Notes: a model not told the origin generated them from the letters alone. A stretch of DNA of 32,000 bases from Candidatus Hadarchaeales archaeon (GCA_038823825.1 JAWBCC010000002.1:30001-62000), one strand, 5' to 3'; shown: positions 1 through 9,012, numbered from the stretch's first letter. Program-made: numbers and translations.

Positions 1-807
1 ATACATCCTGAGAATCATAAACTTTGAATTTGGATGATTTTCTTCAAGTCTATTCAAGAAGTCCTCGACCTCAACGTGAATCCCTTTTCTGTATGGACAT
101 TTCCCCCAATACACTTTGAATCCTTTCAGAAGAGCATATATTGCTATTTCCTTCTCTGGAATCTCGCGCATCGGCTTTATTCTGGGAACAAATCCTTTCA
201 TGGGTTTAAGAATGGGCCCAAGCCTGTAAAGTCTGTAAATGTCGCTCCTGATGTAGTTGAGCATTATTGCCTGCACCTCATCGTCCAAGTTGTGCGCGGT
301 CGCGAGCTTGTCTGCTTCTACCTCTTTAGCCGTTCGATTGAGAAGCGAGCGCCTCAAAACTCCGCAGTATGTGCACGGACCAAGAGACTTTCCTTTTTCG
401 GATGCCTGCCGCAAAATCTCATCGAGCGTGAGTCCGAACGAGTCCCTGAAACTTACGACAAATAATTCGACATCAAGAGATCTCGCATTCTCTTTCGCGA
501 CCTCCACGCCAGCTTCTCGATAGCCAGATATCCCTTCATCTACCGTTATCGCGACAACTTCGCACCTTTTTCTTTCCGCAAATCTTTTGATGAGATGAAG
601 ACACGTGACCGAATCTTTCCCTCCTGAAACAGCGACAGCGATCCTTTCTCCCGGTTCTATCAGCCGATATTCTCTAATCGCCCTAAGGAATCTTTTCTCC
701 ACGCTCTTGCATAGACATCTATCGCAGAGGAAGTCACCCGTGTACCTTCTGTGGTAAACCGCCATCCTTCCGCAAAAAGAGCAGCGCTTCTCACCCTCCG
801 CTGACAA
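1..807 (-). CDS. ttuA: TtuA/NcsA (Ncs6/Ctu1)-type PP-loop tRNA 2-thiolation ATPase; the 3' end runs off the window start
   Basis: Absent from the ORF track because it has no stop inside the window. My minus-strand translation gives (L)SAEGEKRCSFCGR...CDRC (N-terminal Zn finger), the PP-loop AVSGGKDS, GPCTYCG and GKCPY cysteines (Fe-S ligands in this family), and ATAHNLDDE. The likely start is TTG at 807, which keeps the CxxC finger and overlaps the upstream Ubl gene by 17 nt. The first ATG, at 755, would delete the finger. Confidence 0.8.
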   Translation of the reverse strand, partial: MSAEGEKRCSFCGRMAVYHRRYTGDFLCDRCLCKSVEKRFLRAIREYRLIEPGERIAVAVSGGKDSVTCLHLIKRFAERKRCEVVAITVDEGISGYREAGVEVAKENARSLDVELFVVSFRDSFGLTLDEILRQASEKGKSLGPCTYCGVLRRSLLNRTAKEVEADKLATAHNLDDEVQAIMLNYIRSDIYRLYRLGPILKPMKGFVPRIKPMREIPEKEIAIYALLKGFKVYWGKCPYRKGIHVEVEDFLNRLEENHPNSKFMILRMY

Positions 808-991
808 TCGGATGGATGACAACCTCATCTCCCTCCTCAAGCGAATTCTCCTCAGGGACTATCCTACCGTTTACAAAGACCACAACCGTCTCCCTGAGGA
901 TCCCATATCTTTTGAGTAAATCCAAGATTGTCGCTCCTTCTTCGATTTCTTTATCTTCTTTTCTCCCCTGCCATCTAACAGTAACCTTCAC
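791..991 (-). CDS. ThiS/MoaD-fold ubiquitin-like small protein with a C-terminal diglycine (SAMP/TtuB/Urm1-like sulfur carrier)
   Basis: A 66-aa ORF ending ...GDEVVIHPIVSGG followed directly by a stop, with the typical beta-grasp ThiS/MoaD pattern (VFVNGRIV...EGDEV.I.P.VSGG). The GTG start forms a GTGA overlap with the upstream S2P stop. The gene sits directly upstream of, and overlaps, the TtuA-type gene. Confidence 0.8.
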   Translation of the reverse strand: MKVTVRWQGRKEDKEIEEGATILDLLKRYGILRETVVVFVNGRIVPEENSLEEGDEVVIHPIVSGG

Positions 992-2172
992 GCTCTCACA
1001 ATCATGGGTAGGAGGTTCAGAATAATTAAGAGTAATATGAAGAAGGAAAATGCCTTAACAAAACCTCTCGCAAATCTCTTTGAATATCTGACCTCAAGAA
1101 GCGCTTCGAGCATGTATCCGCCGTCCAAGGGCTTCGCCGGGAGTAGATTGAATAAACCAATACCAAGATTTAGGGCAAAAAGCCACTTCAGGAGATCTAT
1201 AAGAAAAGGTGGAACATAAAAATGATAAAGATATGGATGAAAAACCGGACTGCCGAAAATCGTTGCATACATGAGAATTACCGTGTTTATCGGATGGAGA
1301 TATACTAAATTGGAAGGAGCTTGCGCTGCAATAAAAGGTAAATGACTCTCTCCATTTTCCTGTCTAATTTTGGCATGGAAAGTACCTCTATCGGTTACCA
1401 GTTCAAATTCTGTTCTCCGACTGGCATTCAAATAGTTTTTGAAATTTTTCACATCTTCTATTGAGCTTATTTGAAAGTTGTCCAGTGCAAGGATTTTTGC
1501 CCCGAGAATGTTTTCCTCCGCGAGTGGACTGTTCTCCGCCACTCCCCAGATGTAAACCCCCTGCTTGGGAGTCAAAACAGATAGAAGGATGAGCAAAAAT
1601 AAAAAAGATATCAAGATGTTCGTAACCGGTCCGGCAGCAAACATTCGCATTCTCTTTCCCGGACTGCTTCTAATCACCTGTCTTTCATCTGGCTCAACGA
1701 AGGCTCCCGGGATGAAGAGAAACAAAAGAACTCCCGCCGATTTCGTCCGTAGGCCTTGGGATCTCAAAAGGAATGCGTGGAAAACTTCGTGGAAAATCAA
1801 AACTACACCAACTACGATAAACCAAATGGTAATTGTAAGACCTGGAGCCGTGCCCGGAAGAATGAATCTCACACCCGGGATTGCCTCGCGTGGTCGCAAC
1901 AAAACGAAGATCGAGTTAGACAGCAGACCAGCGAAGACCGAAAACATCAGAAGAAATCCCAAACATGCGGCGATGGTTCCGTAAAAAATCCACCATTTTC
2001 TGAATTTTTTCCCAATTCTGTCTATGAATTTTAGACCTCTCGTCGTTTTCCACATGAGAATTGCCGGTGAAAGCGTGAAACCTCTTTTTGAGAGTGAGAG
2101 CTTTTTATATGTCGCCAAAATCACAAGCCATATGGCGCCTATGAGGAGTAGAAAGATCACTAAGTCGTTCAT
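988..2172 (-). CDS. Site-2 protease family (M50) intramembrane zinc metalloprotease with an internal PDZ-like segment
   Basis: A 394-aa ORF with multiple hydrophobic segments. It has the HExxH motif (FHEVFHAF) in a TM segment and the second S2P signature NLLPAKPLDGG near the C-terminus. Confidence 0.8.
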   Translation of the reverse strand: MNDLVIFLLLIGAIWLVILATYKKLSLSKRGFTLSPAILMWKTTRGLKFIDRIGKKFRKWWIFYGTIAACLGFLLMFSVFAGLLSNSIFVLLRPREAIPGVRFILPGTAPGLTITIWFIVVGVVLIFHEVFHAFLLRSQGLRTKSAGVLLFLFIPGAFVEPDERQVIRSSPGKRMRMFAAGPVTNILISFLFLLILLSVLTPKQGVYIWGVAENSPLAEENILGAKILALDNFQISSIEDVKNFKNYLNASRRTEFELVTDRGTFHAKIRQENGESHLPFIAAQAPSNLVYLHPINTVILMYATIFGSPVFHPYLYHFYVPPFLIDLLKWLFALNLGIGLFNLLPAKPLDGGYMLEALLEVRYSKRFARGFVKAFSFFILLLIILNLLPMIVRA

Positions 2173-2195
2173 CTTTTACAGATACAACTTTTACC

Positions 2196-2202
2196 ATATT
2201 AA
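2196..2202. promoter_or_regulatory. Candidate shared TATA box for divergent genes 988..2172(-) and 2227..2931(+)
   Basis: ATATTAA is the only strong AT box in the 54-bp spacer. Its centre (2199) lies 27 nt from the ATG at 2172 and 28 nt from the ATG at 2227, matching the usual archaeal TATA-to-TSS distance if both mRNAs are leaderless. Confidence 0.35.
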
Positions 2203-2226
2203 CTGTGTATACGAGAATGGTGCAAG

Positions 2227-2931
2227 ATGGTAAAGCCCGAGAGAGTAGGCGAGGTCAGAGAAGTTATCTATTCTGAAGAAAGATGGACACTCCTACAGCA
2301 GTTCAGAAAAAAGGCACTTACAATCATGGAAAAACTCGAGGTGTTCGATCCGATTGTGCACGGCAGCGTTGCGAGAGGAGATGTTGACAAGGAAAGCGAC
2401 ATCGACATTTTCCTGCAGGCTTCTCCCACCCCTTACATCGTCGAGGTTTCGCTGGCACGCCACGGTTTCGAAATCCTCAGAAGAGAGATCGTGATGGCCA
2501 CACCTTGGCAGTTGCCAAAAGCGCACATCTACTTGGATGAAAAAACATCTGTTACCGTGCCACTTCTGAAACCTACAAAACTCGAGCTTGAATTTTACCA
2601 CTTTGGTGGAGCCCTTGACTTTAACGATCTGAGAGCTAACAAAAGAGCACCAGGAGTGGACAAAAGATTGATGCTCATTGAACCAACACCGCAAGGACAC
2701 ATCGAGAGTTCAATCATTGGAAAGGAGGAAGAAACTGCCAAGCTTCTTGGAGTAAGCCCAGAAATCGTCAGAGAACGAGTTCAGGTTCTTATGAAAAGAG
2801 CCGAAGTAGGACACACTGGGCTCTTCATAAAAAGAGAGCTTCTTCCACATGAAAGCATAGAGGAGGTTTTCAAAAAAGAAGTTCTCGAAAATCCTTTGGC
2901 GAGAATGAGGTTATCCGGCCAAGGAAAATAA
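2227..2931 (+). CDS. Nucleotidyltransferase-domain protein (DNA polymerase beta superfamily), function unknown
   Basis: A 234-aa ORF with the NTase signature HGSVARGDVDKESDIDIF (G[GS]x9-13 DxD). The C-terminal half is not recognised. Confidence 0.6.
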   Translation: MVKPERVGEVREVIYSEERWTLLQQFRKKALTIMEKLEVFDPIVHGSVARGDVDKESDIDIFLQASPTPYIVEVSLARHGFEILRREIVMATPWQLPKAHIYLDEKTSVTVPLLKPTKLELEFYHFGGALDFNDLRANKRAPGVDKRLMLIEPTPQGHIESSIIGKEEETAKLLGVSPEIVRERVQVLMKRAEVGHTGLFIKRELLPHESIEEVFKKEVLENPLARMRLSGQGK

Positions 2932-4479
2932 TCTCTCAACTACAAATCTTCTGTCAAGGGCAGAAAGGAACGCTCCAGCCCTTGGTCCAGATGGTCTTCC
3001 GAGAAATGCTAGATAAATCGCCTCAAAAAGCTTGGGCGGATCCAGTCCAATCTCGCGAGCCAATTCGTATATCTTTGTGTGTAGCTCGACCGGACCAAGT
3101 TCAGCATGCGACATTATTTCGGCCAATCTCCTGAGACCCTCGCGTTGTTTCTCATCGAGTTTGACGGACGGAGTCTCTGTTAATATCTCAAACTTCAGAT
3201 GCTCTGGAGCATAGAGCTCCACCCATCTTCTAGCAAGTCTGAGACGTAACAACGCTCTCCGGATATCATCCTCGTCCGGATTCACAAGCAATCCCCTCGA
3301 TTTCAATATCTCAAGCGTTTCTTCCTCACTCCTTTTGATCTGACAAAGAACAGCTGCAAACCTAAACGGGACTCTTTGTGGTTTCTTTTTCGCCAGACCG
3401 TCAACCTGCGAGAGTTCATAAATTCTTTTTACCTGTTCCACCCTTGAGAGTGGGAGCTCGCCCTCGCCGAAATAAACCCTTTCAGCGAGATCATACTCAT
3501 CATAGAGATCCGGCAGATTGCTGGGGTTAAACTCCTTTGCCTTCATCGGTTTACTCCTAAAAATAAAATAGCGCAAAAGTTCGGGCTCGGCGACTTCAAG
3601 CCACTGCTTTAACGTGAAAACCACACCTTTTGACGAAGAAAGCTTCTCACCACCCATCGCCACCCATTCGTATGGAACTGGATAAGGTGGTTCACATTCA
3701 AAAACCTCTCTCGCTATGAGCCTGCCCGTATCATAACTCCCTCCGGCAGCCGCATGATCTTTTCCGAATGGTTCGCACGTAACTCCTAAAAGCTTCCATC
3801 TGGCAGGCCACTCCACCCTCCACGTGAGCTTTCCCTCTCCTTTGGTGTAATCCGCCTCTCCTTCATGACCGCAACCTTCGACGTATGGTGCTCCTTCGCA
3901 TCGATATCTCACGAAATCGCCATGCCAGTCGATCGCGCGTGTGGTCGATATTCTTCCGCAGTTCTCACAGAGAGGATCAAAAGGAAGCCAGTCGTCTGGC
4001 AGTGGTGTTTCCCTGAACATGTTCAGAATCTTGCGGATCTTCTCGGACTTCTGAAGGGCAATTCTTATCAACTCCGACATCATTCCGCTCCGGTAAATTT
4101 CTGCTGCAGAGAAGATTTCCACTTCTATCCCAAAGCTTTTCAGAGACTCTATGAAAGGGCGAGAGAAATAGTCGACAAAACTCCGGTAGGCCGGGTCCGG
4201 CGATGGTATGTTCACGTATGGATAGCCGAGGTATCTTCCGAATTCGTTCTCATTGAGAGGACTTGGAACTCTTCTCATAGGATCATAATCATCAGCGTAC
4301 CAAATCGCCCTTGCATCTGCTCCTTTCTTTCTGAGAACCTTAGCAATGGCGTCAGCGATAAAAACGTCGTTTGCATGGCCTATGTGGATGTGACCAGAGA
4401 TGGAAATCCCACTGGCAACGGTGTGTCTCCTCCCGCGTTCAAGGAGCTCCTCTGCTATCAAATCTACCCAGTGCATCAA
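2911..4479 (-). CDS. lysK: Lysyl-tRNA synthetase, class I (archaeal type)
   Basis: A 522-aa ORF with HIGH-type motif HIHIGHANDV near the N-terminus, KMSKS-type motif KLSSSKG, and the overall class I LysRS layout. Confidence 0.85.
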   Translation of the reverse strand: MMHWVDLIAEELLERGRRHTVASGISISGHIHIGHANDVFIADAIAKVLRKKGADARAIWYADDYDPMRRVPSPLNENEFGRYLGYPYVNIPSPDPAYRSFVDYFSRPFIESLKSFGIEVEIFSAAEIYRSGMMSELIRIALQKSEKIRKILNMFRETPLPDDWLPFDPLCENCGRISTTRAIDWHGDFVRYRCEGAPYVEGCGHEGEADYTKGEGKLTWRVEWPARWKLLGVTCEPFGKDHAAAGGSYDTGRLIAREVFECEPPYPVPYEWVAMGGEKLSSSKGVVFTLKQWLEVAEPELLRYFIFRSKPMKAKEFNPSNLPDLYDEYDLAERVYFGEGELPLSRVEQVKRIYELSQVDGLAKKKPQRVPFRFAAVLCQIKRSEEETLEILKSRGLLVNPDEDDIRRALLRLRLARRWVELYAPEHLKFEILTETPSVKLDEKQREGLRRLAEIMSHAELGPVELHTKIYELAREIGLDPPKLFEAIYLAFLGRPSGPRAGAFLSALDRRFVVERLFSLAG

Positions 4480-4519
4480 TAGTTTTTTAAGACGTGAACT
4501 CTAAAAATCATGGAGTTAG

Positions 4520-5692
4520 ATGCTTCCAGCTAAAAGGATGAGTAAAATCCCACCGTCAAGCACTCTGAAAATTTTGAGATTAGCCAAAGAACTCGAACGA
4601 AGCGGGAAAAGGATTTTACACCTTGAGGTTGGAGAACCAGATTTCGACACGCCCGAACACATAAAGAGGGCTGCTGAGGAAGCTCTTCGAAAAGGAATGA
4701 CGAAGTATACTCCAAGCCCCGGACTCCCTCAGCTTAGAGAAAAAATAGCCGAGAAGCTTGGGGAGGAGAAGGGCGTAGATCTCAAGCAGGAAAACATAAT
4801 CGTTACGCCTGGTGCCAAACATGCGATTTTCTGCGCTTTGGTTTCCATATTGGATCCAGAAGATGAGATCATCATCCCCAGTCCATGCTGGACTTATGAG
4901 GCAATTGTCTTAGTTGCCGGTGGAAAACCCGTCTTTTTGAGAACTAAAGAGGATGAAGGATTCGTCCCCAAACCGGAGGATCTAGAGCGAAAAATCACGA
5001 AAAAAACGAAAGCCATCCTCTTGAACTATCCGAGCAATCCGACCGGAGCGATCATCGACAGAAGTGCTCTGGAAGATATCCTTTTGATAGCGAAGAAAGA
5101 AAAACTTTGGATCATCTCGGACGAGATTTACGAAAAACTGACATATGAAAAAAGGAGCGCAAGCATATTCGATTTCCCGGATTGCCTTGACAGATCTGTT
5201 TACATAAGCGGCTTCTCGAAGACCTACGCGATGACGGGCTGGAGACTCGGATATGCCGTTGCACCTGCTAACTTAATCTCAGAGATGATAAAAATCCAAG
5301 AAGCAACAACCTCCTGCGTTCCTGGATTCGTCCAGATGGCCGGAATAGCTGCGCTGGACGGACCACAGGATTTTGTTGAGAAAATGAGAAAGGAATACTG
5401 GACCAGAAGGGATCTCTCCGTCTACCTCCTGAACTCAATCGAGGGGGTGAGCTGCAGAAAACCTGGAGGGGCTTTTTACGCATTTCCAAACATGCGGGAA
5501 ATTGGAACAGCATCGGTTGAATTTTGTGAGAGGCTTCTGCAAGAGGAGGGAGTCGCTGCCGTCCCTGGGTCGGGCTTCGGGCCTGGTGGAGAAGGACACC
5601 TTAGAATCAGTTTCGCGACTTCACCAGACGTCATAAGAGAGGGCATAGAGAAGATCAAATCCCTTGTTGAGAGAATTCGTAAGGAGAAGTGA
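4520..5692 (+). CDS. Aspartate/aromatic aminotransferase, PLP-dependent class I
   Basis: A 390-aa ORF with the PLP-lysine motif SGFSKTYAMTGWRLGY, plus NYPSNPTG and GSGFG...LRISFA. An alternative start is the ATG at 4538 (MSKIPPS). Confidence 0.8.
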   Translation: MLPAKRMSKIPPSSTLKILRLAKELERSGKRILHLEVGEPDFDTPEHIKRAAEEALRKGMTKYTPSPGLPQLREKIAEKLGEEKGVDLKQENIIVTPGAKHAIFCALVSILDPEDEIIIPSPCWTYEAIVLVAGGKPVFLRTKEDEGFVPKPEDLERKITKKTKAILLNYPSNPTGAIIDRSALEDILLIAKKEKLWIISDEIYEKLTYEKRSASIFDFPDCLDRSVYISGFSKTYAMTGWRLGYAVAPANLISEMIKIQEATTSCVPGFVQMAGIAALDGPQDFVEKMRKEYWTRRDLSVYLLNSIEGVSCRKPGGAFYAFPNMREIGTASVEFCERLLQEEGVAAVPGSGFGPGGEGHLRISFATSPDVIREGIEKIKSLVERIRKEK

Positions 5693-6311
5693 GGATTTCC
5701 CTTATTTTTTTCGCCTTTTTAGGCCCTATTCCTGGAACAAGCATGAGCTCTGCTTCGCTCGCCATCATCACCCGCTCCACCGTTTTAAATTTTCTTAGCA
5801 GCCTTTCAGCCAGAATGACGGAGACTCCTGGAAGACCCTCCAAGACGAACCTCTGGAGACGATCGAGGGTTGGACTTGGAGGCTTCCTGCGCTCGAGTGG
5901 AATTTCTCTTTTTTTCTTCATCGATCTTCTAGCGATTACTGCGATGAAACCTGCTGTATCTTCCTCATCTGTGGTTTGTATCACAGAAACACCGAGATCC
6001 GTAGAGAGTGCCGCAAGAGCTCCTCTTATCGCGTTCGGATGGATCAACCTCCTGCCGTGCAGATCAGTCCCTTCAATTATGATTATCGGATGTTCAAAAG
6101 TTTCGCTCAAAAGTTTGGCTTGATTCAAAAGTCTTCCATCTACAATGGACTGCAGAAAATCCCCGGCCGTCTTCCGCTCGATTCCGACATCTCCGATGAT
6201 ATAGTCGCCCACATCAAGTTTTTCAAACTTAACATCAACACCAACGGCAAGGAGATGCTGAATAACGCCTGATTGAGACTCCCTGTGATCGGCGATGACG
6301 GTGGGTTTCAT
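5655..6311 (-). CDS. xpf: Short-form XPF/ERCC4 structure-specific endonuclease (nuclease domain plus tandem HhH, no helicase domain)
   Basis: ERCC4 signature GDYIIGDVGIERKTAGDFLQS and a C-terminal HhH2 (LPGVSVILAERLL...LMLVPGIGPKKAKKI). The ORF track extends to a TTG at 6362. I prefer the ATG at 6311 (MKPTVIADHRES), which starts right at the nuclease domain. Confidence 0.75.
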   Translation of the reverse strand: MKPTVIADHRESQSGVIQHLLAVGVDVKFEKLDVGDYIIGDVGIERKTAGDFLQSIVDGRLLNQAKLLSETFEHPIIIIEGTDLHGRRLIHPNAIRGALAALSTDLGVSVIQTTDEEDTAGFIAVIARRSMKKKREIPLERRKPPSPTLDRLQRFVLEGLPGVSVILAERLLRKFKTVERVMMASEAELMLVPGIGPKKAKKIREILTSPYEFSQQGI

Positions 6312-6403
6312 CTCATCACAGACTTCAATTTTTTTCTGATAAAAGATGTTCTCGTTCGGCAAATATCTGCCCTACTTTGGTTTCCGCGAATGTTATTTTT
6401 AAA

Positions 6404-6673
6404 TCAAAGCAACGCACTGTATATCCATATCCAAGAGATGAGCCATACCATAAAGAACGGTCCAAAACCAGAACTGAGGATTTTGGAAATTGGAAATTCC
6501 GACTGCTGCAGCTTTAGGATTTTGCCTGCGAGAGACGCCGACAAAAGGTAGACAATGATCGCTATAAAAAGCGCTCCCCAACTGTTCTTTATAACCGCGG
6601 AGACTATCCCAGAGATCATTCCCATCAAAACGAAAAACAACACCATCTTTGTTTGCGGCTGCAGAGATCTCAC
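6404..6673 (-). CDS. Small hypothetical membrane protein (about 3 TM segments)
   Basis: An 89-aa ORF with a strongly hydrophobic pattern, on the same strand as and directly upstream of xpf. GTG start at 6673, with an alternative ATG at 6646. No family recognised. Confidence 0.45.
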   Translation of the reverse strand: MRSLQPQTKMVLFFVLMGMISGIVSAVIKNSWGALFIAIIVYLLSASLAGKILKLQQSEFPISKILSSGFGPFFMVWLISWIWIYSALL

Positions 6674-6696
6674 CCGTTTATCATACCATCACAAGG

Positions 6697-6706
6697 TTTT
6701 ATATAT
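6697..6706. promoter_or_regulatory. Candidate shared TATA box for divergent genes 6404..6673(-) and 6734..7594(+)
   Basis: TTTTATATAT lies in a 60-bp spacer. Its centre is about 28 nt from the GTG at 6673 and about 32 nt from the GTG at 6734. Confidence 0.35.
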
Positions 6707-6733
6707 GTCGTGACTTGAAATTGCATCAATCGG

Positions 6734-7594
6734 GTGAAAAATATGCAGAACATTGCCGCTTTTCTAGCCGTGCTCGCAACAATCTGTTGGGGAATGGATC
6801 AAGTTCTGGGAAAAGCATCAGTGAGAGCCATACACCCCTTTTTCTTCAACGTCATCCGATCTTCCTTTGCTTTCATTCTAATTCTTTTTTTGTTCTTGAT
6901 ATTTGACGGAAATTTTGGCAAGCCTTGGATAGTTGCGCTCGCGGCCGCCTCAGGTCTGATCGGGGAGTTTCTAGCCGCCGAGTTGTATTTTATGGTCATG
7001 AAGAGAAGCCCTGCCCACATTGTCATTCCAGCCGGAAACACAGACCCGCTGTGGGGGGCGCTAGGGGCGATGGTTCTGCTTGGTGAAAAACCGGGCTCGG
7101 CCATTCTCGCCTCCATCATTCTCGTACTCATTGGAACATTTTTGCTCGCCGAACGGAATGGGGAAAAAGATGGGTGGAGGGGAGGCATTTTCCTCGCTCT
7201 TCTCGTTGCAGCTCTTTGGGGTATCATGCTGCCGTTTGCAAAAATTTGTCTAGATGAGGGAATGACACAGATTGCCTATCAAACGGTTAGAATCGGAGCT
7301 GCGGCTGCTGGGTGTGTCCTCTTCTGGCTTGTCAGCGGTATGCGGGTTGGAGAAGTCGGAAGAAAACCCATCTCTCTTACGCTCGCCTCTGGATTTTTGG
7401 CATTCTTTCTTGGCTTCGTGCTTTGGCTAAAAGCTTTGAGTCTCGAGACTGCCAGTTCTCTGGCTCCCTTGCTTGGAGGAAAAGTTGCCTTTGGATTTTT
7501 GTTCAGCGTTGTGCTTCTTCGGGAAAGAACCAGTTTAAAAAGCATTGCTGGGGCCTGTCTAATCATGGCTGGAATATTCCTCGCCACGCTTTGA
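6734..7594 (+). CDS. EamA/DMT-superfamily transporter (10-TM type)
   Basis: A 286-aa ORF that is hydrophobic throughout, with a two-fold internal EamA-like repeat architecture. An alternative start is the ATG at 6743. Confidence 0.65.
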   Translation: MKNMQNIAAFLAVLATICWGMDQVLGKASVRAIHPFFFNVIRSSFAFILILFLFLIFDGNFGKPWIVALAAASGLIGEFLAAELYFMVMKRSPAHIVIPAGNTDPLWGALGAMVLLGEKPGSAILASIILVLIGTFLLAERNGEKDGWRGGIFLALLVAALWGIMLPFAKICLDEGMTQIAYQTVRIGAAAAGCVLFWLVSGMRVGEVGRKPISLTLASGFLAFFLGFVLWLKALSLETASSLAPLLGGKVAFGFLFSVVLLRERTSLKSIAGACLIMAGIFLATL

Positions 7595-7632
7595 GAATTA
7601 CGCTTAAATCGAAAAAGTTTTGAGATAAATTT

Positions 7633-9000
7633 GTGCGAATAACGGTTTTCGGTGGAGCTGGGGAAATAGGAGGAAACCAAATCCTTCTAGAGGGAAAAGA
7701 AACCAAAATCTTGCTAGATTTCGGAAGAAGTTTTGCTAGAGAATCACTTTATTTCGATGAACCGTATCTTTCTGCGAGAAAGCCAGAGCATCTTTATTCT
7801 TTACATTTGCTTCCGGATATAGAAGGTATTTATCCTTGGGAGGAAATAGAACCCTCCATTTCCGGAATTTTCATATCGCATGCCCATCTCGATCATATGG
7901 ATTATATTCGATACGTCAAGGAATCCATACCCATTTATGTTGGAGAAGGAACTTGGAAAATAATAACCGCTAGAGATGCCACGGGGAAATCCTCGAAATA
8001 TCAACTGGCAAAATTCAACGAAAAGTTGTCGGATTCGCCCCAAAGATGCATCGTGCCATGTAGAGGCTTCACCATTCAGCCTTTCAGAACCGGACGAGAA
8101 CTCTCGGTTGACGAATTCAAAATAAAACCGGTACATGTGGATCATTCTGCCCCAGCAGCGTATGGTTTCATAATTGATGGACCGGAGGGAAGAGTCGTGT
8201 ATACGGGCGACATTAGATTTCACGGCTACAAGCGAAGCTTCTCCGAAGAGTTCCTGAGGATGGCCGAGAATCCGGATGTCCTGATAACTGAAGGAACAAA
8301 TCTTGTGGGTTTCAAGCCATCAAGTGAAGAAGAAGTTGGAAGAAAACTCGGAGATATAATCGAAAAGACAAGCGGACTCGTGGCCGCCAGCTTTTCACCA
8401 GTCGATATCGACAGAATGAAAACATTCTTCAACGTTGCAAAAAGAAGTGGTAGAAAGTTCATTATCTCAATGAAACAGGCAATGCTCATAGATGTTTTGA
8501 GTGATGAGATAAGACAGAGGTTGTTGGATTTCCCCTTTACGCTCGGAGACGAAAATGTTCTCATATACGAAAGAGAGAAGGAAAAAACATACAAGTGGGA
8601 GGAAAAGATGATTGAGAGATATGAAGTGGTTGATTCCTCTTGGGTTTCAGAACACCAGCAAGAGGTTCTTTTATTTGCAACTTACTATGACATGCTCGAG
8701 ATGCTCACCATAAAACCAGAGGTTGGTTCTGTTTTCATCTATTCAGAGAGCGAACCCTGGAACGAAGAAGGAGAGTTTGAGTTTGAGAAGCTTGAAAATT
8801 GGTTAGAAACATTGGGTATGCCGCTTGTCCACATACACGCATCCGGGCACGCCTCACCATTCGATCTAAAAAGGATGATCGAGACTTTAAGCCCGAGAAA
8901 AATCATAATGGTTCACTCCGAAAGACCCGAAATTTTCAAAAAATTCGCCAACGTTGAAAATATGATCTGCCCGCAACAAGGTGTCCCAATCGAATTGTGA
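7633..9000 (+). CDS. beta-CASP metallo-beta-lactamase-fold ribonuclease (aRNase J / aCPSF2-like)
   Basis: A 455-aa ORF with a GTG start. N-terminus ITVFGGAGEIGGNQILLE...ILLDFG, the MBL motif SHAHLDHMD, later VHVDHS and a C-terminal HASGHAS motif. It has no N-terminal KH domains, so it is not aCPSF1. Confidence 0.6.
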   Translation: MRITVFGGAGEIGGNQILLEGKETKILLDFGRSFARESLYFDEPYLSARKPEHLYSLHLLPDIEGIYPWEEIEPSISGIFISHAHLDHMDYIRYVKESIPIYVGEGTWKIITARDATGKSSKYQLAKFNEKLSDSPQRCIVPCRGFTIQPFRTGRELSVDEFKIKPVHVDHSAPAAYGFIIDGPEGRVVYTGDIRFHGYKRSFSEEFLRMAENPDVLITEGTNLVGFKPSSEEEVGRKLGDIIEKTSGLVAASFSPVDIDRMKTFFNVAKRSGRKFIISMKQAMLIDVLSDEIRQRLLDFPFTLGDENVLIYEREKEKTYKWEEKMIERYEVVDSSWVSEHQQEVLLFATYYDMLEMLTIKPEVGSVFIYSESEPWNEEGEFEFEKLENWLETLGMPLVHIHASGHASPFDLKRMIETLSPRKIIMVHSERPEIFKKFANVENMICPQQGVPIEL

Positions 9001-9012
9001 TCTTTCTGAAAG

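Noticed and set aside
34-465. A 143-aa plus-strand ORF, and the overlapping ORF 257..523, at the window start
   Set aside because: Both are antisense to a much better minus-strand reading frame with clear TtuA/Ncs6 motifs (SGGKDS, CxxC fingers). Their composition is not protein-like.
2227-2931. The nucleotidyltransferase, considered as a possible MNT-type antitoxin or minimal NTase of a HEPN-MNT toxin-antitoxin pair
   Set aside because: At 234 aa with a substantial extra C-terminal domain it is far larger than MNT antitoxins. There is also no adjacent HEPN gene, since the neighbours are LysRS and an S2P protease.
3865-4482. A 205-aa plus-strand ORF
   Set aside because: It is a shadow ORF lying entirely antisense to the class I LysRS gene. 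It has no motifs and is rich in Cys, Trp and Arg, which is typical of antisense frames.
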